A stretch of 64,000 nt of DNA from the NCBI RefSeq assembly GCF_009914755.1, contig NC_060937.1, one strand, 5' to 3'. The position numbers were made by a program, and so were the translations under genes. Shown here in pieces: positions 36,930-56,448 of this stretch. Each line of letters starts with the position of its first letter. Position 1 is the stretch's first letter. The DNA comes from the human T2T-CHM13v2.0 reference genome, Homo sapiens. The notes beneath the pieces are model-generated. The model made no database searches and was not told where the DNA came from. It saw only the letters and a list, made by a program, of their open reading frames with translations.

Positions 36930-38435
36930 TGCAATTCTGACTAATGAAATTTATTTATAAACATTAAGTAATGCTGATGTTCTAGTAATATTCTCTGCAC
37001 ACTTATTCTTTAAGAAACTTTTGCCTGAAAACAGACACTGAGAATTTTTATATGATTTATTTAATAATAAACCAATTAAAGATACAAAAATGTTTAGAGG
37101 ATTCCAAAATTTAAATTTTTGTTTAAATACAAATTCACTCTGTAATATGAAAACATAGCATTAGACCTCTAAACATAATGATTTTTTTCATCTACAAAAA
37201 TTTCTGTTATACTAGAAAATTTGCAGAAGACATTTTTTTCTTGTGACATTAAATGTACATTATTTACAGTTGAAAAAGTAATCTAAAAACATTTCATTTC
37301 AGAAAGTTGGATATATATGTTATCTTTGTATGCAACCCCCCCCAAGTCCGCCCCCAGTAAAAAATGATCCAAAATATAAAGCAATTATGCTTTTATAACT
37401 GACTACTCAGCCAGATTAGCCCAAGGCTCAAGTTGCTTTCTTGGCCCTTAAGAAAGAGTCTTGACTCTCTCAAAATAGCAGTATTCTGTTTAGCACTTAG
37501 CAACACAAGTTTACTAATGGACCGCAAAGCACAGTGGCCTAAAGAGTTAGTAAACAAATTATTTAGGAAGAATTTATGGCAGATCTTACCCATAACAGAT
37601 GAATAAATTTTGTTGGGTCACTTATTTCTCTGCAACATTTTAGCTATTCTTACATTAGGAAATAACCTGATAATGATTTAATTGACATAACTTGAAAATA
37701 TAGGTATTAGAATTAAAAAAATTAGAACTAGAAGAGAAAGTGGTGATCATCTAGTCTAATCCAATACATCTCTTCCTTTTATGAGAGGAACTAAAGCCCA
37801 AAGAGGTCAAGATTACATAGCTAGTTAGTGGGAGTGCCATTCTTAGGCTGATGCTTTTATACTATCCTGCTTCTGAAACAGGGTCAGCCATACCACCAGC
37901 ACCTCCAATTTTTCATGTTATTCTACATATTCATAGTTCTATATTATATAGTGCAGTCAACTAAAGTCAATCTAAGTGACACCATAATTTTAACAAAGCA
38001 TAAAATAGGTTTTTTGCATTTGAAAGAGTCAAGACTTAACTTACACAAGTGGAATGAAAATAGTTCCTATATAAATTTCCTGTTGCCTTCTATTTAAGTT
38101 CTGTATTTACAAAAGAATCAGAAAATCTAATACAATGTAAAATTAGAAAAGAAACTTTAAAAATGCTTATGATATAGCAACTGAAATAAAAATCTCAAAA
38201 GAATGTCTTCATAGTGTAAAATGCCTGTTCCTTCACGATTGAATTCTGAAACATTTAGATAACAAAGAGAAACAGTTGAGTTTTCCTCCCTCATCTAACA
38301 AAGTCAAAATTAACTCTATTTTTAACAATTACAAAATTAGAAACCTCCTTAGAATTTATCTTAGAATCAGTCAGTCTGCATATAATTGAAAATGTTCAAT
38401 TAACAAACAATTATTCATAAGCTTTGGTATATTAA
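36930..38435 (-). other. ELF1: ELF1 3'UTR (3' end approximate)
   Basis: AU-rich, Alu-free stretch after the stop codon, ending near two minus-strand AATAAA hexamers. Contains a MIR-like segment at about 37725-37870. Confidence 0.75.
36950..37061 (-). terminator. Two candidate ELF1 polyadenylation signals
   Basis: Plus-strand TTTATT (AATAAA on minus) at 37056-37061 and 36950-36955, followed on the minus strand by U/GU-rich sequence. Confidence 0.65.
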
Positions 38436-39039
38436 CTAAAAAGAGTTGGGTTCCAGCAGTTCGTTTTGTTTCATAGCTACCTGAGAAGTAAATCCATTGG
38501 AACTGGACACTACCATCACATAAGGCTGTGGCTGCTGCTCCGTTTTCTCAGTGTTCTCTTTCAAATGATCTTCAGATTCCTTTTTCTCTACTTCCTGTGT
38601 AAGAGTTTTTGTTTCTTGAGTTTTGATAACTGAAGTGATTACAGTGCCAGGTGGGTGAGCAACCAGCTGTGAACTGCGAGGAGAAAAGGTCACCACAGGT
38701 GCAGTAGCACTGAAGGATGGAGAGGAAGCCACACTGACGGTTCCATTGCAAATGGTCTGAACATTGCTAGTAAGGACCTGCTGAACCTGGGCAGGGCCCA
38801 AGACAATTGAAGGAGGAGAGCCCGCCTTTTGTGACTGCAGCATGACATTTTCTTTCAGTACTGTCATGGGCTGTGATGATGGAATGGCTTGTAAAATAAA
38901 CTTCTGAGATCCAGTACCTGCTGATGGATCTGTGCTGGCTATAACTGTTGTGAGTGGCACTGTTTGGAGTGTTACTGTATGCAACTGCTGATTCCTAGGA
39001 GACACAACCACTGGAACTTGGGTTGGAGCCTGTATAGTC
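38436..39039 (-). CDS. ELF1: ELF1 last exon, coding part (604 nt including TAG)
   Basis: caatag|G ACT ATA CAG GCT...; encodes TIQAPTQVPVVVSPRNQQLH...ELLEPNSF*, stop at 38436-38438. The in-window coding exons sum to 1629 nt (542 aa plus stop). Confidence 0.98.
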
Positions 39040-39617
39040 CTATTGAGATGATGAAATTAAAGTGAGACAATTAGCATATTCTACATCATTTAAAACTTTA
39101 ACACTTGACAAGTCATTTTACAAAATACCAGTTATGTGTTTCAAAATGCTGCTTCCCATATTTTCAACAGAGCATGACCAATATCATGCCAGACTTTGTA
39201 TTAAACACTACATACAGAGATGCCTAACACAAAACTCTCAGGCCATTAACTATGATACCATCTGCTGAGTGCTATGGAAGAAAGGTCTGTACATAGGGCC
39301 ACATTAACACAAATGAGGAGCTAATTTTGTTGGGGAAGGAGGAGGATGTTAAAATGCTTAGCAAGAAGTTTGCATGAGCTTCTTAAAATTAGGAATTTAA
39401 AAGCAAATCTGTTTGATTCATTCCTGCTTTTTTTTTTTTTTTTTTTTTTTTAGATGGAGTTTCACTCTTGTTGCTCAGGCTGGAGTACAGTGGCGTGATC
39501 TTGGCTCACTGTAGCTTCTGCCTCCTGGGTTCAAGCCATTCTCCTGTCAGCCTCCCGAGTAGCTGGGATTATAGTCACGTGCCACCACGCCCGGCTAATT
39601 TTTGTAGTTTTAATTGA

Positions 39618-39752
<135 letters not shown>

Positions 39753-40676
39753 TAATGTTACCAACATGCTCATCCACAATAATTACCAAAATTCATATAA
39801 TTGTATTCAACCTGTTTTTACATATAAAGGGAGAAGTGCTTAATTAACCTAAACAAAAAACCTACCTCAGTCTTAACCATATGACAGAATTCTTAGAATT
39901 TTAATAGCTCACATTTCATGTCATATTTAGATGAAACAAGCCATGATTATAATTAACCTGTCAGGGCTCTTGGACTGGTAGAGAAAATATGGCTAAGCTT
40001 TGGAAAAATACATAGAAGCATGTTTTAGCAGTTTTCCAGGTTCAAATAATTTTCACAAATTTTGGTCATAAAGCTACAGTTTAACATAAAATCCTTTAAT
40101 GCAAAATCTAGTTTATGTAGGTTGTTAATCCCACTCATTGAAGAGAAAGTTACATAAATGATATTATGAGTCAATCTAATTTAAAAAGTTCACAGCTCTG
40201 AAATTTATAGTTAAGGTTATTGTTAATATAGTATAAAACAAATGGTGTTGAAAAATCTCAGTATCTGGATGTCAACTGTTTCCTTTGAATTCTGTAAAGT
40301 TATTTAATGAAAGATACTTGCTATTTCAAACAGCTGACAGCTAGACTAGTCTCCATAAACCAAGCGTTAAATATTACCACTAGATTATTAAAGCTACATT
40401 TTGAAAGTTAGTTATGCAGTCTGTTTCTCACATATGAGAAATAAAATAGTGGAGGAGAAAAACAAATTGGCTTGGTGGAAAGATGAAACAAAGACCCAGA
40501 GCAATTCAGGACACGTTCAAAAGAAGTGGGAATAAAGACACAGGATGACTAGAGCCCGCCCATTCACGCAGGATACAGATTACCAAACTTAGATGGCCAC
40601 CCAAGTTCTCTTGCCCATTTGATTCAGGGAAATCTGGGGTGAGATGGGAGCCTGGGTACAGTACCTGACGCTATAG

Positions 40677-40811
<135 letters not shown>

Positions 40812-41482
40812 TAGCTGGGATTATAGGCACCCGCCACCATGCCCAGCTAATTTTTTTGTATTTTTAGTAGGAACAGGGTTTCACCACGTTGGCCAGGCTG
40901 TTCTTGAACTCCTGACATCATTGGCATCACGTGAGCCACCGTGCCCAGCCCAGATACCATTTTTAAATAAAAAAGGCCTAAGGGCTTCCCATGACAAGAG
41001 TTTACATAACATACACATAGATAAAATAGTACTTGGCATATAGTTAGCACACAGATTACATCAATATGCATAACCTTATAATATGTATAACCTTGCCACC
41101 CTACAAATATTATCCCCATCTTACATACGAAAACACTGATGCACAAACAGGTTGCAACAGCTTGCATAAGGTGACCAGTTAGAGAAGAAGAGAGGCCATC
41201 TGACTGCAGAGCCGATGTGCCGCCTTACCATTACAACAGACTGCCGCCACTTAAGTCCTGAGCAACTTCATCTTTAGTAAATACTAAAGATGAGTATTTA
41301 TTATTCTATCCTTAAACAATAGGCAGTTACAACTCTCTAATATATGCCTCTCTCATTCTTCTTTCCTTCTGTAAGGTATGACACAAGCAATAATGTACTT
41401 GGAAATTTTCCATATTGCTAATCAGGGCTACCACTAGGACTTCGCTGCTTCTGTTTAAATTAGAAAAAGATGTCCTTTTCTT

Positions 41483-41973
<491 letters not shown>

Positions 41974-42441
41974 GTCCTTTTCTTGAGACACCTGACTGCC
42001 ATCTGTCAGAAAATGCATACACTTATCTATACCATCTACGATGCAAATATATTGGCTTATTGGAACAAATTCTAAAACAATTTTCAATAATACAAATTCA
42101 GAGATTAAATAAAATATTATTAAGTCTTTGCCAACCACAGAATTACTTTCTTCTTAGTTAATGATTAAACTGTCAGTTGCGTCTGGTTGTATTATGTAAT
42201 ACAGATTCTATTACAGCTGACTACTTTTTAAAAATCTCCTAAGCTGCTTGTAAACAACTGGAAAAATATTGCTAATTTACAATTTATCAAAATTTCTGAA
42301 ACTAACACAGACCATATAACATTTAGCATTTGTTGAGGATCTACTCAGGTGTCAGGTGTCATTTAATTGTCACAGCCAAGTGGAAGGTTAAATATTATCA
42401 TCTGTGCTTTACAGATAAGGAAACAGACTCAAAATAATTAA

Positions 42442-42660
<219 letters not shown>

Positions 42661-44644
42661 TAGTAGAGTCGGGTTTTCACCATGTTGGGAAGGCTGGTCT
42701 CGAACTCCTGACCTCGTGATTCACCCGCCTCGGCCTCCCACAGTGCTGGGATTACAGGCATGAGCCACCGCGCCCAGCTTCTATATGCTTTTAGGATAAC
42801 CTACACATTATACATTTTCACAGGTTTGTTTATTTATTTACTTGAGACGGGGTCTCACTCTGTAGCCCCAGCTGGAGTGCAGTGATGCAATCTTGGCTCA
42901 CTGCAACCTCTGCCCCTCCTGAGTTCAAGTTATTCTCCTGCCTCAGCCTCCTGAGTAGCTAGGATTACAGGTGCCTGCCACCATACCCAGCTAATTTTTG
43001 TATTTTTAGTAGAGACGGGGTTTTGCCATATTGGCCAGGCTGGTTTCAAACTCCCGACCTCAGGTGATCCACCCGCCTCGGCCTCCCAAAGTGTTGGAAT
43101 TACAGGTGTGAGGCACTGCACCTGGCCAGGATAATTTATTTAAAAGATCCTAAGAAAAATTATTAATGCTTGGATAAATAAAAGTTATGCTAGGTAAAAT
43201 GGTCTCCAATGTTTACCAAGGGGCAATTTTCAGAAAATAGTTTACCAGCAGTTTATTTCTGTTGTTGTTTCTTTGACTACCATGAAGCCAGAATCAAACT
43301 GGCTTCTTTTTGTAAATTTGTAAAAACTGAGCATATATACTGTACACCAATTAAGAAAAGCTTAACTGAATCAACATAGATACATGCAATCACATGAAAT
43401 AAAAAGAAATGAGTGAAGGACAAAATTAAGATGTTGCTGTTTTACTGTAAATAACTGACAATTCCTGTGATTTATGTAAATCGGTAGGCAGTGTAGCAAG
43501 TCATTAACTTCAATGCTTGCAGCTAAACAGCTAGCATTAAAATACTATCTCCACCATCTGCTACATGTGACCAAGTTCCCTGGTCTCTCCTTGCTTCAGT
43601 TTCCACATCTATAAAACGGGGATATTATCTATTCTCATTGAGCTATGAGGATTCTATGCCTCACTATATGTAAAGTGTATGAAGTACAAAGAGTGCTCTG
43701 TGTCAGCTCTTGTTGTTATATTAATAATTTATCTAATTATATATATAATCATATACATTCCATCTTCTCTCAACCACAGGGAAAAAAGTTAAAAGCCTCT
43801 GATTTTATTAATAAGTCATCAAAAATCAAGAAAGATATAGTCAAAGAGAAAAAAAGGTATAAATAAATAGAGAAAACAAATAATGCAAAATGCTATCAAT
43901 TTGTGAATTTAGGTGGATAGTAAATAAGTGTTCATAGTACTAGCTGAATTTTTCCATACTTTGAAATTTTCCATAGTAAAAGGTTGGGTAATTACAAAAA
44001 TGCAAACAAAAAATATAAGAAATAACAAAACCAGAACTTGTCCTAATAAAAAACCATTCTAGGCCAGATGCAGTGGCTCACACTTATAATCCCAGCACTT
44101 CAGGAGGCCAAGGTGGTAGGATTGCTTGGTTGGTCTTGGTTCAAGACCAACAAAGTAAAACCCCATTTCTACAAAAAATTAAAAAATTAGCTGGACATGC
44201 CTGTAGTCCCAGCTATGAGGAAGGCTGAGGTGAGAGGACTGCTTGAGTCCTGGAAGTAGGATGCAGTGAGCTATGATGGTGTCATTACACTCCAGCCTAG
44301 GCAACAAAGCTAGCTAGACTTTGTCTCAAAAAAACAAAACAAAACAAAAACCTACTCTATAATATCTACAATTTAGTATCTTTCAAAGCTAGAGTTTTTT
44401 GTTTTGGTTTTATTCTCACAGTCTAAAAAGAATATTTTGAATACAGATGCTAAAAAAATTCCATGGAATCAGCTGTGGCCACTGTAGGTCTCCTATCAAC
44501 ACAAATACAAACAACAAACAGCCTAGAAACCAATGGGAGGAACCACACACTCCCAACCAGACACCCAGTCATCACCTGTAACCCACAGGGCCTAGGGAAA
44601 TATAAAACATTAAGGGGAGAATACGGACAGTAAGAGTTAAATAA

Positions 44645-44875
44645 GCACCCACTGAGCATCCCAAATCCGAAAATCTGAAATCTAAAATATGAAACTTTTT
44701 GAGCACCAATAAGATGCTCAAAGGAAATGCTCACGGGAGCATTTTGGATCTCAGATTTTTGGATTTGGGATGCTGTGCCGGGTAAGTATAATGCAACGAT
44801 TCAAAATCCGAAACAATTCTAAATCCAAAATATTTCTGGTCCCAGGCATTTTGGATAAGGGCTACTCAAGATATA
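44645..44875 (+). mobile_element. Tigger4a/MER46-like DNA transposon remnant
   Basis: TGAGCATCCCAAATCCGAAAATCTGAAATC...GATTTTTGGATTTGGGATGCT...TTTGGATAAGGGCTACTCAA, with internal palindromic arms. Confidence 0.75.
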
Positions 44876-45397
44876 CTCCTTTAATAACAGTTAAAAGATG
44901 TAGCATCCAATTAAAAATGTAAAGGTCATCTTTGTACTCCTTGCAAATCAAGTGAAGATTTAAGAGAATATTTTCACAAGGTCAAACATTTTAAATTGTC
45001 TATACAAAGAAGACTGAATCTTCTAAGTCTGCCTTGATTCTAGGTAATGTTACCTTACTCCAAGATCAACTGAGCAAAACCTCCACATTTATATTCTGGA
45101 ATATAAAAATGTAAGACTGAAGTTTGCTAATAAAAGTAATCAAATAATAATTTTTATTGGCTTTGAAAGGGCTGCTAGATTTTATTATGGTTCATGTTCT
45201 AGAAATTCATGACAGTATAAACAGAAAAATGCTACAAATATCCATATAATTTTCTGCCTTCCTCCCATACTCCCATTCTAAGTCAGCTGAGACTAGTCCC
45301 AAATTTCTGCAGATCAGTCTAAGGCAGACAGATCCTCTCAGTCAATTTGTTGTTTAGCATCTCATCCTGGGGCTCTGAGGCAAATCTGATTTAACTG

Positions 45398-45430
<33 letters not shown>

Positions 45431-45930
45431 AAACCTACTTTTTCAACTTCTGCCACTCTAAAAGAGGACCTTAGATTCTTGGCCTCCCTTCCTATTTGAA
45501 CTTTAGAATTGTTCGAAGATAGGATCTTCCAAGGAATAACATTTATTGCTTGGAACTCTATGCACTCTCAATGTCCTAATATGTCAATTTATGTTGAATT
45601 TTTGAAGCTTCTGACTTGGCCTGAATAAAGATTTGAAACCCTGGATTTTCTCCCATCTAGATAATTTCTTATATGTATCAATCCAGTTATACAAAGGTGT
45701 AGTATTTGACAGAATAATGCCAGTAATGTCAAAATGTAAATAAAGGGACCAGTGGCATAATCAGAGGACTGACATAATAGTAACTGCTCCTGAAAAATCT
45801 GGTAACCAAGAATTCTAGCTTGAAACCTTTATACTTTTATTTTCATTTCTGAATCTTGACCCACTTAACAAATAATGTCTCTGGTCAGAAACATATTGAA
45901 GTGATAAGCATCAGTAGTTTGGTTTTCTCA

Positions 45931-46407
<477 letters not shown>

Positions 46408-47910
46408 TCAATCAAACATCAATTAAAATATTCAACAAAATCAAATTTCCCTAATCATAAACAAAACTTTAAAGTTGGAATCAAACTAATGAGAAAAGAA
46501 TTTCTAAATAAAGGGCTGTTATTTTATATGAGATAAACATACATTTATGCACAGATAGAGATAAGTTCTTATTACCAACTAAATCTAAAACTAATGCTGA
46601 TTGGGGGACTGTTGATAAACTATGTGGAATCCTCTGGTCTTTCACTTTTCTTCCTCTTTCTGCTAACTTATTTACTTATTTATTTGGAGACAGAGTCTTG
46701 CTCTGTTGCCCAGGCTGGAGTGCAGTGGCATGATCACAGCTCACTGCAGCCTTGAACTCCTGGCCTTAAGCAATCTTTCCACGTCAGCCTCCTCAGTAGC
46801 TGGGACCACAGGCGCATGCTACCACACGTGGCTAATTTTTGCATTTTTTGGCAGAGACTGGGTTTTGCCATGTTGCCCAGGCTGATCTGGAACTCCCAGG
46901 CTGAAACGATCCTTCCTTCTCAGGCTCCCAAAATGCTGGGATTATGGAAGCGAGCCACCACACTCAGCCCCCCTCTGCCAACTTGCCAGGATAATCAAAA
47001 CTACCAAAAGCCTCAAGAAATTGTTTCTCCTCCACGGCTTTCTAGAAATGTTCCTACTAGGCAAATTTTATCAGTTTAAATTTGATTCAATAAATTTAAA
47101 TTGGCAAATGTATCAGTTTAAATTTGATTCAGTAAATTTGATTGACTTTTGTGTATAAAATTTAACCATATGCAATAGCAGTGATCCAACTTTTGTCATC
47201 TATTTTAACAAAATCAAGAACTTAAAAAGTGTATGTTAAAAAAACCCAAAAACTGTAATTAAAGAGTTTTAGTTTAAGACTGCTAAATTTTATATCTATA
47301 TCTGTCTATCCCCTAAAAGTCATTCAGATCGTTCTTATTTCCAATACATCTTTCTCAAATACATGCGTATCTTGAAGGATAAATGACAGAATCACCGAAA
47401 AACGAACTAAAAGTGAGCTTAAGAATGTTACTCTTGTTCAAAATTCTCATGATTTCTAGTAGTACTCCTGAAGCACTGATTTATTCTACTATAATAACTA
47501 ACATATCATACTTGCAATTCATGTTTGAGAATGCACCCTCTTTTTTTTTGAGACAGGGTCTCACTCCAGTTGCCCAAGCTGGAGTTCAGTAGTACAATCT
47601 GGATCACTGCAGCCTCAACCTCCCGGGCTCAGGTGATTCTCCCACCTCAGCCTGCCGAGTAGCTGGGACCACAGGTGCATACCACCACGCCTGGCTAATT
47701 TTTTGTATTTTTAGTAGAGACAGGGTTTTGCCATGTTGCCCAGGCTGGTCTTAAACTCCTGGACTCAAGCAATCCACCGGCCTCAGCCTCCCAAAGTGTT
47801 GGGATTACAGGCATGAGCCACCGCACCTGACTGAAAATGTACCCTCTTATTATGTATTTGCATTACCACTATTGGTGCTTTGCTGAACTTAAGCTTAGTA
47901 TTTTTTTTTA

Positions 47911-48177
<267 letters not shown>

Positions 48178-48852
48178 CTAAATGACCAAAATTTCATTTA
48201 AAAGAACCTCAAAAAAGACAACTAAAAGTCTTAGAAGTGCCATTTATATTTATACAAAAATATTACATAATTCAGTTAGTATTGGTGACATAATTTAGTT
48301 AGTATGGGTGATATAATGGTCATAATTTTTAGCATCTAATAAAGATCTTTTTATGAGTCCCATATAAAATATGTGAACAAAGCAATCTTGTCATAAGATT
48401 TGTGATGATTTAGGAGAAAGTACTTTGAGATAATTTTTTTCTGTCTCTTTGTGAACTCTCTCAACAGTAGTTCTCTTTAGATTAGAGCCAGCAGGTCGGC
48501 CATAACAGTTTTCTTCAAATTTGGGCAACAGTTATACAAATGCTTGAATTTCAAGACAACATATTAAAGGGTCTATGAACTGAAAATCTAACCTGGTTAA
48601 ATTCTTCCAAGAGTCTCTTTATTAAATGAAAAGAATAGATTATTTTGACAGGTAAGTGAAAATCACTCAAACGAGTTTCTTGGTCTACTTTACTATCAGT
48701 TTTAAGAATTTGGCAAATGTATCTAATAAGCATGTGGCAGCAATAAGATCCACTGCAGTATATCAAGAAAGCTGGTGGTTTCTAGTTATAATAGGTAGGC
48801 ACTATAAAGCAATCTGAGTGTTATTTGACCTATAAGTATTACACAGTAGTAC

Positions 48853-48936
48853 CCTTTCCATCTTTGTTTTTCTTCTTCACAGATATATTTGGCGTAGTGG
48901 CTGGGGAATCTGGTCGTGGTGGTTTAGTTTTTCTTC
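48853..48936 (-). CDS. ELF1: ELF1 exon 6 (84 nt), basic NLS-like region
   Basis: ttcag|GA AGA AAA ACT...GGA AAG G|GTACTA; encodes GRKTKPPRPDSPATTPNISVKKKNKDGK, in frame with both neighbours. Confidence 0.96.
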
Positions 48937-50339
48937 CTGAAATAAAAACAGCTCTGCATAAATATTTGCCTTCAAAAGTGAGAGAAAATGGACAATTCAG
49001 CTATTTTGTCGTTTACCCTAAATTTCAAGTGCCAAATGTTTTTATACATGGGTCACATATACAGGTCTCTTAAAATGCTGTTTACTAAAAGGAAAACAAC
49101 TTTAATAAAACTTGGACATTAATGCAGGTTAAACCATAAACACACTTATGTAAGAAATGATACCTTTGACACCTCAGTTTATATCTGTAAAAATGAAGTT
49201 AATTTAAATTACTATAGCTTGCCTTTGAAGTACGCATACTGGTAGTGCTTTCTTAAACTTTTGGAGAATGCTCTTGACATTGGTAGAACGTGGGCTCCAA
49301 AAATAAGCCATACAGTTTTGTCTGCCTATTAATTATACAAGCTTTTTAAGGTAGGAGAAGTGGATTTTTAGCTTTTTTCTCTATTAAATAATTTCTGTAT
49401 ACAGTTAGTTCTCAAGTATAAGAAACTTCCCAAACTCTAGAAATACAGAAAATATGTGAGGCAAAATTTTGGTGAACCACATAGTTAAATGCTATCCTCC
49501 TGTGTATTTCTAAAAACATCTCGTTTTTCTGTACCTTTCAATTCACAACAAACTTCATAGTTACCTTACCCACCATCAATGTCTAAATAAGTCCATCCCA
49601 ATAGCCTCAGAGTGGGGTCGATAAACTATTCTAAAGCCGTATTTGTGATCTTCTTTTGCCAAGTATCTAGAACCATGGCCTAGCAGCGCCACTGCCTTGT
49701 ATTTAGGTTGAGATCATGATCATGCTGTCTGAACATACTACCATTCTATATGTGAGAAACAATGAAGAGTTACTACCTCCTACCCAAACATCCTTGAGGC
49801 TGCCGCTCTGGTTTAGATTACTGTGGTGAATTACAGGTAAATATAACACAGGGCAGGGCAATAACTTAGAAAAGCAGAATTTTACAGCTAAAAAAAAAAA
49901 TCACAAGGTCAGTGACAATTTATCCCCAGAAATGGAATAGGAAAACATTTCTGAAGTCATTTGGGTGAATGAAAGGAAGGGAGAAAAGTGTCAAAAAGCC
50001 CGCTCTTCAGTCTCTAAGACTGCCAAATGTATGCTAGTCAGCCAAGTATCTCGACTTTCATCACTGGAGACATCTGCAGAGAACCCTTCATGAGACAGAT
50101 TCTTCTGGCTGTGTTCATGACAACCAGTATTAGAAGCCAACACTTCAGTAACCTCCACCTTATTTTATGCTATTAATATATACCAGCTTAAAAAAAATAG
50201 ATATCGTCTTTATTTCCACTACTTTCCTCCACTAGCTTTAGTCACAACAGATGCTGCCAGTAAAAACTCCCAACCCAGTATCCATCCTCTCCAACATCTT
50301 CCTAATCATTCAAGGTGGTAATGTACAAAGCTTCAGGTG

Positions 50340-53600
<3,261 letters not shown>

Positions 53601-54015
53601 TGGTGATGCTATTAATCAAGACATTATACTCAAAATACTAAGCAAGCATGAGTAGAATCAGAAGGCAATAAAATGGAAAAGGTGTCAGACTTTAGAATGC
53701 AAGTGTGGTCCTAATTGGCAAAAAGTTAAAAATTCCCACTCAACACATCCTAAAATACTCCTCTTCAGTTACTTACCTGCTGATTTCCAACCCATTGTAT
53801 TTTTCCAACTGGAGTCTTATACTGGAATCACCGGTACAGACTGGAGGCTTTCAAACAATAACCCCTGGGAAGGAAGCTGACTAGACCTTACCCAAGGACA
53901 AAAGGGTTTAGATAAAAATTTGAGGCTTTAAAAAGTTGGAAAATCCCTTTTCTGTAAGATAGACCAAACTTTTTAAAAGTATAAAATAATTTAATTATTA
54001 TCATTATTTTTTTGA

Positions 54016-54312
<297 letters not shown>

Positions 54313-54816
54313 TAAAAGAAATGATTCTACTATGAAGAAATACCTCTTTTTCTTATTTATTTATTTTTATTTTATTTTATTTCTTAGAGATAGGGTCTCA
54401 GTCTGTTGCCCAGGCTGGAGTGCAGTGGCATGACCTTAGCTCGCTGAAACCTGTAACTCCTGAGCTCAAGGGATCCTCCACCTTGGCCTCCCAAGTATCT
54501 AGGACTACAGGTGCCTACCGTGCCCAGCTAATTCTTAAAATTTTTTGTAGAGATGAGGTCTTGCTTTGTTGCCCAGGCTGGTCTCAAACTCCTGGCCTCA
54601 AACAATCTTCCTGCCTCGGCCTCCTGAAGTGCTGGGATTACAGGCATGAATCTCCGTGCCTGGCCAAGAAATAACTCATAATTTCCATTTTGTGCCTTCA
54701 ATGTTTTTCTTACATAAGTTTTAACTGCAGCAGGAAAGAACTATGTAGAATAAAAGTGATATCTAGATTTCACACCAAGACTTGACTATGCGCCCTAAAC
54801 AAAGTAACCCACCTAC

Positions 54817-54984
54817 CTTTTTTCCTCTTAGGCTGTTCTGGTGATGAGGCTCCCGGTGAGTCTGCATATTTTTCTTGCACCTGCTGTGTTTCCATCACTT
54901 CAGGAATCCCATCTAATGTGACGGACACATGGGTGACTGGGGCAACAACCATGTCATCTTCAGGTGAACTAAATATATTATTAT
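54817..54984 (-). CDS. ELF1: ELF1 exon 5 (168 nt)
   Basis: cattag|AT AAT AAT ATA...AGG AAA AAA G|GTAGGT; encodes NNNIFSSPEDDMVVAPVTHVSVTLDGIPEVMETQQVQEKYADSPGASSPEQPKRKK (ORF 54770..55003). Confidence 0.97.
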
Positions 54985-56340
54985 CTAATGAAAATAAAAT
55001 CAACTAATTATAGTCCACTGTGTATTATAAGTTAAAAAACGATTGAGAAAATTTCTTGTTTCTATTATGACTAGAAGATTAAAGTAGAAATAAAATCTTG
55101 AAATCTATTCCTGCGTTTAAGTTCCCCTTCCCAAAATCAAATACCCTAAACCAGTCCAGGCACGGCGAGCTATTTCAATGTCTTTCTTACTTGACTTCCT
55201 ATCACCAGTCTGTCTCATCTCTCCTCTTGATTATTCACATTGCTGTGAGAGTTATTTTCTGAAACCTAAGTCTGACCTGACCATAAAATTAGGGGAATAA
55301 AAAACAAAACTGACATACCTTTCCATAGTTCATAGGAAAAACAAAAAACAAACAAAAAAATAATCACAACCCATCTCTATAGCATGCCTTACAAAGCTTC
55401 TGTAATCTAGTTCCAAACCTACCTTTCCAATCTCATTTCCCACCCACCATGAAGCTTACACTTCAACCACACCAAAACATCTTGATCTCAAAGATTTCAT
55501 TCATTTTTTTTTTTAACAGATCTGTGTCTTGTATCTTTAACTCCATTCCCTCCAGCTTGAATGACCTTTCATGTCTCTTCTACCTATTAAAAGCTTGTCA
55601 TTTACAGCCAAGGTCAGAATACTCCTTCAATGAAGCCAGTCTCTGATATTCTCAGCTAGAATACCCACTGCTACTAGAGCAATTCGCTATCACTCTTGTG
55701 GCCTTTATTCTTGGCTTTGTAGTTATTTACATAAGTAACTGTCTTCAAAATTAAACTGTAAGCTTGAGGAAAGGAACAGTATCTGCTCATTTGTATCTCA
55801 TGTTATTGCCTAATTATTGCTGCTGTGAATATAGCAAATATTGAATAAACATTTTAGACTGATTTAGCAATAATTTACTTTATGAATTTGATTGCTTGTC
55901 AGAAAAGCCCAAAGGAGAACAGGAATTTTAAAGCAGATCAATAATGTGGCAGTGAATTTTATGCCATGATGTGTCAGTAAAATTTTCAATAGATTGTTGC
56001 CTATTTGCTGATAACTACAGAGATGACTAAATTATAATCATTTGGGCCCTTGATACCCTAATACTCTCATCAATATGTTAAGAGAAGAAATTCTGCATGA
56101 TCTTCTATTTGGTAAGTAATAAATTACATTTTTTTGTTCCCAAAGGCTTCATTCTCAAATTAAAATGTCATCTTTAACTCTACGTTTTTGCAAAGGCACC
56201 TCAATTCCTACTATACCTTAAAATGTGATTGTAACAAAAAATATATAACATCATTTCTAATCTCTTGATTTTACTAATAAAGAAAGATGGCAAGAGTAAC
56301 TTAACAAAGTACATAAACATAAACAATCATAATCACTCAC

Positions 56341-56448
56341 TTATTCGTTTTTCATCCAGCATAGGGCCAGGGGAATCCATATTGAGGAGTGCCTCAGCAG
56401 CCTCAATAGTTTCAATTGTTTCATCCCCGTCATGACAAGAAGCTTCAA
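56341..56448 (-). CDS. ELF1: ELF1 exon 4 (108 nt)
   Basis: tgcag|TT GAA GCT...CGA ATA A|GTGAGT; encodes VEASCHDGDETIETIEAAEALLNMDSPGPMLDEKRI, including the EAAEALL motif of the ELF subfamily. Not in the ORF track. Confidence 0.97.
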   Translation of the reverse strand: MKLLVMTGMKQLKLLRLLRHSSIWIPLALCWMKNE

